Positions 37,606-48,782 of a DNA stretch of 64,000 nt are shown here, piece by piece (within the stretch, counting starts at the first letter, position 1; every line of letters begins with the position of its first letter). The stretch is taken from positions 836,527-900,526 of the forward strand of contig MU057880.1 in the NCBI GenBank assembly GCA_013265495.1, in the 5' to 3' direction. The DNA comes from Vicugna vicugna (taxonomy: Eukaryota). Position numbers and translations under genes: made by a program. The notes beneath the pieces are model-generated. The model did not search any database and was not told the DNA's origin. It was given only the letters and a program-made list of their open reading frames with translations.

Positions 37606-38654
37606 CTCCTGACCCTCAGCTGGCCTTGGAACAAGTGTGGGAGACCCCGTGCTTGGAGGAGTTCCCGCAGGGAAGGACCCCGCGCTCCCTGCACAGATGC
37701 CGTAGGTGAGACAGGCTTCTCAGTGGCAGCCTACTGATTTCCTCTTTCAAAAGTTAAAAAAAAAAAAGGAACATTCATTTGTTACATAAATGAAGCCCGC
37801 CCATGATTCAGGAAGTCCGATGCACCCATCATGTTATGAAACGTGGCTCAGCAAACCCATTCTTCACGGACAAGTCCGAGTCCTACTTCTGCTCCTGGGT
37901 TTGTGCTCCACCGGTCAGCCAAAGGCGGAGCCACTGGGACTGACGCGCTCCATCCGAGGCACGGCTGGGGACTGAGCAGTGCTCGACTGATGGATCACAA
38001 GACCTGTTCATGTGGCCCGCAAGGCTCCGGGCACAAGGCGTGACTCGTCTTCAGCTGCAAGGTTGCTGTGACATTGGCCACCACCCTCCGAAGGGCTCTC
38101 ATGTGAGCCAGTGTCAGCTGACAGGACTTACTCTGCAACCTTGCAAGATTCCACCCCCAGCAGGGGAGAGGGAGGCAGGGTTCCCACGACAGAGCCAGGC
38201 AGGGCTTCCCACACTGGGGACACCTGCAGGGCGGGCAGGGATACATCATGTAATGTGCATCCGCAAGAAACAGAGTAGTAAACGAGAAGCCATAGGTCCT
38301 CAGAACTCTTGCGCCGTATTCTTAATTCCTAACCATATCCAAGCTGAGCGAGCCCCAAGCCACCAAGAACAAAAGCAGTTCAAGCGGGTGACTTCTGACA
38401 CGAGCACACTTCAAATGCAAAATTGAGAATAACACTATAGTGTCATATCTCAGCGCTATATGAGGGAGACACTGATATGTCACACACGCCAGGATGCTTT
38501 TTATGATACATATTTTGTATTTGTACATACTCCATATATTTTATACATTTATATTTTATATATGTTCTATGATGTATATTGATACATCATACATGTCAGT
38601 ATGATTTTTCCACACCACTGTAAATTCATGGAAAAAATAATTTTTCTTTCAGAA

Positions 38655-39217
38655 GAGCTTAAAAAGCATAGGTCCCTGACACACAGGTCACATCTGGATA
38701 CAGAAAACTCCAAGAGGCTGGCCTGACTCCTCCTCCATCTGTCGTCCTGGAATCTGGCTGAAGAAAACATTAGCAGATCCCTAACATCAGATGGACCCTT
38801 GACTGGGTCTTTAGTTTAACAAAATAAAATTCCTAATTCTTGGCAAGACAAGAAAAATATAAACATAAAATGTTTCTTTGCCCGTCTGGGCCCCCCGCCT
38901 CACCACCTTTAGCGTGTGCTGTGCGGCTGCGCGCACCTGGCCTCCTTCGGAGACCACCATCCTTCTGAGTCTTGTAAGGGTCCGGACGACCCTCTACTCA
39001 CTTTGTACGTGCAGATCTGGATTCTGTAAACTGCCAGTACATCATGTGATGTTAACCCTCTGGCCCAAAAATATATATAACTGTGCTTTGACCTCTAATG
39101 GGCAGAACAGTCCTCAAAGCTTCCTGAAAGATGGTCTCCTGGTTATAATCCTCAGGGTGGCTTGAAGAAAAATTTCCATTTCTTTCTTACACTACTGATT
39201 CATTTTTTTCATTGACA
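38655..39217 (+). mobile_element. ERV1-class solo LTR (MER34-related style); 5' boundary uncertain
   Basis: TATA-like aatatatataa at about 39070, R/U5-like ggttataatcctcag...tttccatttctttctt, and terminal ...ttcattgaCA. Confidence 0.55.
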
Positions 39218-41850
39218 AGTTTTGGGAGATTTTCATCTTTACACTAGGGCAGCCACAGGCACCTCACTCCGCAAGTGTGAGTAAATCAAACGGTGTAGCA
39301 GGGGCCTCAGTTGCCCAGACTTCACTACATGTGTGACCCTAAAGTTCCTCTATAACCAACCCACAGAAGGTCTCAAATCACCCTGCTCTGAGAGGGAAAG
39401 CCTGTAATGCACTGTGATGACCGCCAACTTCTCTGCGGCACGAGCTGAGCTGATGCCGAGACAAGACCAGACCAGGGAAAACGAGTGCACGTCTCCAGGA
39501 AGGGGAGCAAACACATGTTGAGCTTAAGGCCTGAGTGCATGGCCCTGCTGAGACCCTGGCTGCTTCCTTCAATCACTTTCCCTTCATTGCAAGAGGGCCA
39601 GAAGAGCATGAATGCAGGTACTGCCCCCTCCCCTCTGGGTCAACGCCTACTCCCGGGCTTCCCCTGTGTTCAGTCACCGCCGCAGTGACTGCACAGTGCA
39701 GTGCCCAGAAGGTGAGGGCTTGAAAAATGCCCCCAAAACCAGATTTTATAAAATATGTAGGGGAATCACTGGGGGAACAAGTACATCCCACTTTTTATGT
39801 ATAAAGTAAATGAATTTTGCTTTCAAAACTTCAGTCTCTAAAAGATATTCATCTGGGACGTAAACTCTTTCTAAGTATGCATTCTTTGCACACTTACCTA
39901 GAAGTTAGCCACAGAGCCGTTCAATCAGTCCCATATTTCACATTTTCCAAAGGCTTCAAACGTTGTTATAAAAATGCAAGTTTTATACCCTATCCAGATA
40001 ATGCAAACATTTTTTAAATGACCAGAAAAAAGACAAAAATGATGACGGGTTACAAGGGACATGGGGATGAAATAAGACTCACACTGCAGTAGGAAAGGAT
40101 TCCCTTGAGCACAAACCAGGCTGGACGGCACAGGGAACTCTAGACCCCTGACTCAGCCTTTAACTGACATCCAAGGACGGAAGAGGAGAAGGAGCTGGGC
40201 CTGTCCTGGTGGTGTATGTGTCAGGACGTGACCTGTATCTTGTCTTAGGGATCGATGCTGTCCATTTCTCTAATGTCACTATTTCTCCCCAACTTCAGTC
40301 TGCACACCTTCCAGCCTCCATGTCCTTGGCAGAGAGGTGCTCAGAGTTTACCGCCCTCTCACCTTGGGTTCTGACTTCCAGCCGACGGTCTGACACCTAC
40401 GCAGAGGGATTTTCTGACCCGTACAAAGTCAGATTAAACGTACAACAAAATCAACCAATATTTCTGCTGTGACTTAAAATGAGGAACCACCTGGGAGACA
40501 ATTTAGCTTTCAGATTGAGATAAAAGTGACAATTCAGGATGCTGTGCGGCTCCTGACGACGGCGCAGACCATTTCCTCTCCTGTCTGTCTCCCCGTGCTC
40601 TGAAGACAGAGCGGTCAGCACCCAGCGGAGAAGAGGCACCCGGGAAAGGGAAGAGCGAACGCAGGAGTGTTACGTCTTCAGGAAATCCAGGAAACATAGA
40701 AAACTCCTTATGTCACAAAGCTAAATAAAAAGAACAGGATGCAAAGGGGTGAACGCACTTCGAGGACAAGTGTGCTTTCTAAACACCAAACATAGAAAAG
40801 AGAACTAGAAAGAAACAGAACATCGCTGAGTAGCGAGCCTCGGAATGCGTTCCCTTTATTATTCTCTACTTTCCATTTTTCAGCGATAGGTATGGATTAT
40901 TTACAGACAGTGGAGAAAATGACTTGATTTTTTAAAAGCTCCTGCTGCCAAACTGGTAACGATCACTTGACTTCTTTACTCTGTAACAGCTCTGCAGGCT
41001 TTCCTGTAAGGAAACTGTCAGAGCCACAACAATCTCAGACGGCGGGAAGGAAAAGCGACCTGTGAGCGTGCAGTTCCGTGCACACGGCTCTTCCTTCGAG
41101 GCGACTGCGTCGAGCCGGCAGAAGCACAGAGCTGCGGCTGCGGGACCGTGAGACAGCTGACTGAAAACCAGACTCCCCGGCTTCCCTCACTTTGCAGACG
41201 GCCCTAGCAGCAGTACAGCACACGCAGCAGTGAGGGGGCTTTAGGCACCACGCAAACACCTTCTTGGAATGAGTGCTATTCAAAGGCTCTCTCTCTAGCC
41301 CAGGACCGGGAGGCTGAGGTCACAGGGACAAGGAAGAGGGAAATGAGGCTCCAGGAGGTCCCCGGCCTCCAAGGGAAAAGGAGGCCACAGGAGAACTGTG
41401 GCTCTGACGACCTCACATCTAAACTTTAACAGGAGAAGAGGCGGCTGGGCCAGGCGCACTCATTCCAGGCTGGGAGGCTCTGCAGACTTAACTCTCCGCC
41501 CACAACAAGGGCACTGCCTGTCTCTTCGCCTCGGTGCAACGATTCACCCCTTCTGGAATCAGCTAGGTAACCAGCAATTTAGATAAAAATTCTCGGCATT
41601 TTTCTCTAAGGTCCAGTATCAGACCTCAACCTACGATTTTCACAGCCCATCCCCATGTTTCTCTGAAATTAACCACCACCAACACAACTTTGGCTTTGAA
41701 ACCTTCCCAAAGTTACGAACGCAGCAGCAACAAAATAGCACACAGCTTTTAAAGTCTAACTCCGGCTCCGGGCCAGGCCCTCACTAGCATTTGGACCTTA
41801 GCAAAAGTGCCAGCCCTCCAGGTCTGCTTAAGAATTTGGGGTCTTGGCCG

Positions 41851-42180
41851 GGGGGGAAGGTGTAGCTCAGTGGTAAACAGCATGCTTAGCATGCACGAGG
41901 TCCTGGGTTCAATCCCCAATACCACCATTAAATAAATAAGTAAATAAATACGTAAGTTCTCAGAAACTGATCAGTACACATATGTGAACTAAAAAAAATG
42001 TGCAGTATATTGTATATACGTATTTACGCGTAATATCATGTATTTGTGCAGTCAAACTGTAACAATTCTACCAATAAAACCGAAAAAGGAAAAAACTAAA
42101 TAAAAATAAATAAGTAAATACATAAACCTAATTATCTCCTCCCAAAATGAAAACAAAGTAAAAAATAAACAAAACAAAAT
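41851..42180 (+). mobile_element. Vic-like SINE split by a nested insertion of about 150 nt
   Basis: SINE head at 41851-41950; the SINE tail aaacctaattatctcctccc resumes at about 42124. Confidence 0.85.
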
Positions 42181-42510
42181 ACTTAAAAAAATAGTCCGGG
42201 GGCCGAGCTCCTGGGTCGGGGCCGTCCGCGGAACCATTCCCGGAGCTCCCTTCCTCTGCAGCACGTGTGATCCGCGCACACAGGGACAGTCCAGGCGAAG
42301 CGGCCTGGAGGAGCAGCTGTAGAAACCCCTCCTCAACACAGCTGCTCACCCCACCTATTTGACCCAAAGCAGCTCTGCAGAACCACCAGTTTCCAGTTTT
42401 CCCAATGTCCCCGTCAAAACTGCCGCCACGTAACTCAGGAGCAGTTTCAAAAAATACCCAACCAAGGGCCCTCAGCTATCTCCACCTCCCTTCCATGTGC
42501 AGGCACAGCG

Positions 42511-42520
42511 ATCACGTGAT
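42511..42520. promoter_or_regulatory. Palindromic E-box ATCACGTGAT (CLEAR-like TCACGTGA core)
   Basis: Motif match only, in non-repeat intron 1 sequence. Confidence 0.25.
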
Positions 42521-42725
42521 TCAGCCTTTCTGTAGATACTGTGAACTGGATGCTGCCTGGGCCACTCTGAGTGCAATGCAGAGTGGTCCAGGCGGGGTCC
42601 AGTCCCAAGATGCTGTCAGCACGGAGACAGGGCAGCTCGCAGAGTCAAGCCACCACTGACGCTCCAGCCCCCTTGGCTGAGCACTCGGACCCTCTGTGCT
42701 GAGCCTCTCCCTCGTCCTCCACCTC

Positions 42726-42863
42726 CTTACAGCTCTGGTTCCCCCAGGTAGACGCCACACCTGTGCCCCACCTCATAGCTCTGGTTTCCCCAGGTAAATG
42801 CCACACCTGTGCCCCACCTCACAGCTCTGGTTCCCCCAGGTAAATGCCACACCTGCACCCCAC
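42726..42863 (+). repeat. Minisatellite, 3 x 46 bp
   Basis: Unit ctcacagctctggttcccccaggtaaatgccacacctgtgccccac at 42726, 42772 and 42818, each with 2-3 differences. Confidence 0.95.
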
Positions 42864-45000
42864 CCAAAAGCTGGCTCTGAATCTTCCTGGAGGAGAGTTC
42901 TGTGGAGAAAAGAACTTTGTCTCCCCTTCTCTCTTACATTTAAAAAAACATTTTTAGGAATGTATAATTTTTTAACATTTATAACATTGGCGGTGGGGGT
43001 GTACCACTATTTACCTCAAAGAGGAATAAACAATTCAAACTACTGGCAATGGTATCCAGTAATAACTCTTATTATTGTAACTCTTACAGCCACCAGGATC
43101 GTTTTGGAAGAACTAGGAGTTATTAATCAATTCATGCTGCAATTAAATAAACCACCAACTAAAATTTAACAAAATAAAAAGCATTTGATGCTCTTCTACA
43201 ATTTATTAAGATATCTCATTGGTTGTGCAGAATAACGTATAGCCCTGCCTTTAAAATATGTATCTAAGGATGCAGGACTCCATCCATTCAGCCCTTCAAA
43301 TACCGATGTGGCCAGCCCTGTTCAGGACACTGATGACACAGAGGTAATCAGAATCAATGTGACCACAGTCTCAAGGCGGGTGTGGTGATGGTGCGACGGG
43401 GCTGGCCGTGCCATGGTGGTGGGAGAGGGTCTCTCCCGAAGTTCCCAGAGCGTTCAGGCCCTCTCTCCCCTCACCACTGGGGACATGGATGCTGGGCAAG
43501 GGGTCAAAGTTTTACCTGGAGCACATGGACTCCTGGCTCCTTCTTACCACTGCTTCCCCATGGAGAGATGACAGCCCATGTCACAACCTCCACTGCCACC
43601 ACCCCGTCCAGCCCCGACGTGCCAGGACTGGTGCAGTAGCCTCCTTCCTGGCCCCCCAACCCCCATTCCTGGTCTGCGAGGACCCATTCATGGAACAGTC
43701 ACCGGACACAGCAGAACGAAGTCAGTGAGGGCTATTCAGGGAGGCCTGCGCAGGGGGCAGGTGAGGGGCCGCCTACTGACAGAAGGGGAGCCTCCTGTTC
43801 TTCCGGTTTGTCCGACAGGCAGCAACAGGGGCGCTTCCCTAGCAGAGCTAACATTACAAGCTTCTCGTGTAAGTTCATTGCCAGGAAATTAAGAGAGAAA
43901 GCCTCCCTGCTGCTCTGAGCGCTCCAGGGCCACACAGACTAGGGAAGCTGCCTGGGCGCCAGCCGAACTCAAGTTATGAGAAGAGAAAGCTGGAACTGAG
44001 AGGCGGGAAAGGATGTGCGGCCTGAATCAGCAGACTCGTTCCTCTGAGTCAGTTCCTTGTGACGCGGTGAGGGCTGTCACCCAGGGACAGGACCCGGGGG
44101 GAGGGCCAGGGCTGCGGCCGCTCAGGCCCATCGCCCAGCGGCCACGTGACCCGGAGCCTCGGTCTTCTCGGCTGATGACGACACTCACTCCCCAATCTTA
44201 GAAGGTCGTTCAAGATGTTCGCTGTGAGCCTGCGAGAGTCCCCCCGAGACACTGGACGGCTGAGACGGGTTTCCATTTTCCGACCCCCATCCAAAAGCAC
44301 GCACTGCCCTGTCTGAGCTGCTGCGCTCACGGGCGATGACCCTGTATGCACACGACGTGCGGCCAAAACAAGTAACTCCGGCCACAGCGACATCGGGCAA
44401 GTCACCTTTCTCCCCAGAAAGTCAAGCACCTCCCCACCCGCACACCACCAGCTCTCTGGACGCTCCAGGCAACCAAAGCTTCTGAAACAGACCACGGCAG
44501 ACTCCCTTGGGAACCACAAACGCTAGAACAAATGAGGGCAACAGCGAGAAAATTAAATCTATGAAACAATTAGTTGTCAAACTGACAGAGGGCATCTTTC
44601 CTTCCCCCGACAAGCTCCTTTCCCCCCTCCTGTGTCGCCTCCATCACACCAGCTGCCCCTCCTGAAGTACCTGCCACCTGACTCTCCAGGTCAGGTCCTC
44701 AAGGTCCTTCTGGATGCACACCCAAGGCCTCCTGTCCTTGAACACTGCCCGCGAGGACTCGTTCTCAGAAGATGTTCCAACATCTCTAACAGGTGGACAG
44801 ACTCCACGCACAGTGCCCCACGGGGAGGCTCAGCACCTCTCCCTCAGCTGCTGCCACCCCTGCCCTCGGCTGCCCCTCAGGACGTTGTCCCCATGTCACC
44901 CCCAGGGAGACCGGTCATGGTGTGGGGCGGATCAGCTGCTGGCCACGCACATTCCCCTAAAAGGACACACGTGCTCACTCAAAGTCGCCCTGAATCGCAT

Positions 45001-45232
45001 TTTTTTAATTAAATTTTTTTTTCATTTTTTAATTGAAGTACAGTCAGTTTACAGTGTTGTGTCAGTCTCTGGTGTTCAGCATCATGTCCCAGTCACACAT
45101 GAACATATACATATTCCTTTTCAGATTCTTTTCCATTATATGTTATTACAAGATACTGATACAGTTCCCTGTGCTGTACAAGAGGTCCTTGTTTATGTAT
45201 TTTATACACAGTAGTTAGTATCTGCGAATCTC
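45001..45232 (-). mobile_element. L1 3' end
   Basis: Poly-T then attgaagtacagtcagtttacagtgttgtgtcagtctctggtgttcagca...acagttccctgtgctgtaca. Confidence 0.88.
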
Positions 45233-45989
45233 GGTATTTTGTGCATTTCTGTAAAACATCACGTTCAGTCTTCCACGCTTTAGCTGCTACGGTGAAGTGC
45301 TAACCTCGCCCCGCCACACACGCCGGGGGGCAGGACGTCTGTTACCGACTCCCAAACTGCGAGGCACTTTCTGGGGACGTGCACACTGCGTCTTTTACCT
45401 TTCCTGCGTGTTCCTTGTGTAGGTGAGCTACCACGGAGCAGAGGAGGCACTGAGGCAATGGCTCTGAAGTTCAAAATAACCTCTTTCCTGCCGTATTCCC
45501 TCAGGCTGCCGCAAGAACGGTGGTGCACCTGGGTTCCGGAAATAGTCACCCTCGGAGACAGCAAAACCTCATTACACTACGGCTCAAGGTGGCATAGATT
45601 TGGGTGCTCTTTTGAAAAATAATTGCACATTTAAAAATCTGACTGTATTTAGCCCAAAGCATGAGGTATCGCTAACCTTTGTATTAGTTCTTAAAGATTT
45701 CAGTTGCAGTCCATCCGGCAGAACTGTTGCGAATGTTGCCTTCAGGACAGAATCACAGAATTTCCACAAAACAAAACGAAGAACACAGTTCTTAGGGAGG
45801 AGTTTTTCTCGGCAGAGAGCTTTTTCGTATTCACGACAGCACTCCTGTTAACGGAGCTACATTCAGGTACATTAGTAACTTCCACAGAATTACAAATACG
45901 AGTGCACCCAAGAACTTGATCTTTATAACTAGTACCATCTAACAGTATTTTCAAATTATTCCCTAGAAATCCAAAGGGAGCAATGAAAC

Positions 45990-46190
45990 ACCGTCCAACA
46001 GAAATGTACTGTGAGCTACACGTGTAATTTAAAATGTTCTAGTACTCACATTTAAAAAAGCAAAAAAGAAACAGACGGAGTGAATTTAATAATTCACACA
46101 GTCTTTGAAATCCAGGGTGAGTTTTATATGCAGAGAACACCGCTCACACCAGCCCCGCATGGCTGGTGGCCACCGAATCAGGCAGCGCCC
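45990..46190. mobile_element. MER33/MER3-like hAT-Charlie relic
   Basis: gtccaacagaaatgtactgtgagctacacgtgtaatttaaaatgttctagtactcacatttaaaaaag...catggctggtggccacc. Confidence 0.6.
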
Positions 46191-46835
46191 GCAGCCCCGG
46201 GAAACTCTGAAGAACTACGTTTGCCTCCCCTCCACCTCCAGACCGTGAGAAAGACACCCAGCTCCGTCTAGGCCAGTGGGAGCAGTATTTGGAGGTGACC
46301 AGAGCGAAACCTCTGAGAGCCCGAGAGGAAGCGGTCACCTCCCAAAGCCACACAGAGAGACCCAAGAGGGCTCACTACTTCTTTCTGTCAACTGCACGCG
46401 GTCGCCAACCTCTGATGCTGCAGTAATGACAGTCACATGACAAGGGAACCGAAAACTGAAGGACTGTGGCCACCAAGGGAGAACAGAGAACACTCCGGAC
46501 GTGTGAGCTCACTCCACTCTCTGCAGAAGAAAGAGCATCTCGTGACTCTTAGTCAACACTGGGGGCAACTCTCCCGCGCCTCCCAAATCTAATCCGTCAA
46601 CAAACCTTGCTGGTTCTTGCCCCAGGGCCTCCCCACGGGGCAAAGGAGGTGGGGCTTGTAAACCAAAGCAGCCCCTCCCTCTGTGCCATCAGGATCCCAG
46701 CCACTCATCTGTTACTTTGCCTCTTTGCACCTGGGCTTTCGAGATTCCTGATCACAGGTCCCGCTGGGAATCCCCGAGAACGTGCACACGGCCGCATACA
46801 TGGACGCTGAACCACCTATGCTGCTCTTGGGGCCT

Positions 46836-46877
46836 TGAGTCTCGGCATCTCTGAGTCTCGGCATCTCTGAGTCTCAG
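46836..46877 (+). repeat. Short tandem repeat, about 2.5 x 16 bp (tgagtctcggcatctc)
   Basis: Directly visible. Confidence 0.9.
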
Positions 46878-47162
46878 AGCCCTGCGGCTGTGAATGCTGA
46901 CCATGACCATGAGGCTCCCGCCCTCTCCAGCAGCGGTTTTCCAGGACGCCTCAGACCACAGCCCTGCCACACAGCCGTCCCACCCTCTCCAGCCTGCCCT
47001 GACTTCCTCAGCTTCCAGTGCCCTTCCCATGAAACTGTCAGGTCTTACTTCTCACCTCTCAAGCCCCACGAGCCCTTGCTCTGACTCCTCACCTCATCAG
47101 TCCTTTGGCCGGAACGACCTCAGAACTAGTCCTGGGACCAGGTGCCGATCCTGGGCTGCCTG

Positions 47163-47806
47163 CGGATGCTGCCCCATCACCTGGTCCTGTGCTCCACACG
47201 GTCGCTATGGAAACTGGTTAAGGAGCCACTGCTTTCAGGGGAGACACAGGGCTCGGCTCCTGCCAGGCCCTGGCCACAAGATTTCATACAGTGATGAGTC
47301 CTTAATCTTGTTTTATGCGTGTTTCTGTTTAAAGACCCTCTATTTAATATGTACTGTTGCTTCATGATCACTGAAATCACAGCCAACAGCACCAGAACTC
47401 ACCCCAACAAAGCTCATCAAATGTGCATTTTCTCCGCAGGGCACATCACATTCTTTTTGTCTTAGGAAGACTAGACGGCACTTCAGCACTAAGCTCGGGG
47501 GCCATTTCAAACAGCAAAACCACTAACAAGAAGCACAGAAATGCAAAGGGAAAACAACACCTCCACACTAAACGGACTGTAAAACAGACTCCTGTCTGCG
47601 TAGGAGGGCTGCAACCAGCAGGGGCGGCCACCCCGTCTGACCTCTGCCGCGAAGGCGCACTAGGGAGCCCGCAGGGTTTTGCCCACCTGCCCACGGCCCT
47701 GAATGGCCGTGAACACGGCGCAAGTGTTGACCTGAAGGTCACGCACTGATTTCGGTGGGCAGGCAAACCTGCAAACGGGGAACCCGCGGGTGATGCGGGT
47801 TGACTG
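47163..47806 (-). mobile_element. MER44B/C (Tigger7-derived) DNA transposon relic
   Basis: Minus strand reads MAPELSAEVPSSLPKTK, like the Tigger7 N-terminus MAPKRSAEVLSSVPK. Also tctttaaacagaaacacgcataaaacaag and the TIR-like end ...ttgactg. Confidence 0.75.
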
Positions 47807-48707
47807 GACCAGTACCTGAGACGGTTTCTGTGACCGTTTACTCGACCGTGAGCTCCAGAAAAGCAGACCATGTCGTAGTCCTCCCTGCGCCCCCACAAAG
47901 CAGCTCAGTGCTGGGCGAGCGGAAGGCACTGCAGGAATGTCTGTCACCCAGAGCCTTACCCACATGGCCTGTGCCTCCTTCCACGGGGAAAGGTTTGCTT
48001 CCTCCAGGGGAAGAAAGAGACCAGAAGACCCCGCTGCCTGGGTCCCCGTGTCTGTCACCTGCTCAGGGACACGGCTCCATCAGATGCCCACCCCCCCAGC
48101 CCAAAACACACCTTATACCACTTACAACCCGTCTCTCTACACAGGTCTGTCCGGGTCGATGACAGATTCACACAGCCCTCCTGTGTCACTCCACACAATG
48201 CGGACAGCATGCGGGAGAGGGAACACATGGGGCACATTGAGGTCCCTGCCAGCAGCCATGCTCTGTGAGCCCGTGGGAAGTGGTGACGCCCCAAAGGAGG
48301 ATTTCTGCATCTTAACCATCGCTGGTGTAACTGGTAAAGCTCCTAGCATCACCAGAACCCCAGTGCAGAGACTTCTTTAGGCCTCTCCATGCAGAAGAAA
48401 ACAGCTAAAGCCCAGAGAATCGGCGGACGCTGAAAATAAAAATGAAGTTAGAAAGGAGGCTGGAGGCATTGCAGCCCAACGTGTCTCGGAGCAACCACAG
48501 TCCTACCAGAAAGTCCATGTTTGCATCTGCTGCCGCCCCCCAACACTCAGCCCCCGTCTCTCCACGCCACTGAGCCAGGTTTTCTGAAAACTGGGGAACA
48601 CATTCTAATCAGGGTAATTTGGGTTTTATTTTTAGAAAATCATTTGCAGAGAAGATGGAAGGACAACACGAATAAACAAAATCATGAGCTCAAACAGCAA
48701 ATTGACT

Positions 48708-48782
48708 TAAATATATATAGTACATATATAGTATATTATTTATACCAACATAAATATAAATATATATATATATATATATATT
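48708..48782 (+). repeat. (TA)n-rich tract
   Basis: Directly visible. Confidence 0.9.

Noticed and set aside
42726..42863. Direct repeats as a possible CRISPR-like array
   Set aside because: Head-to-tail units with no unique spacers, in a eukaryotic intron.
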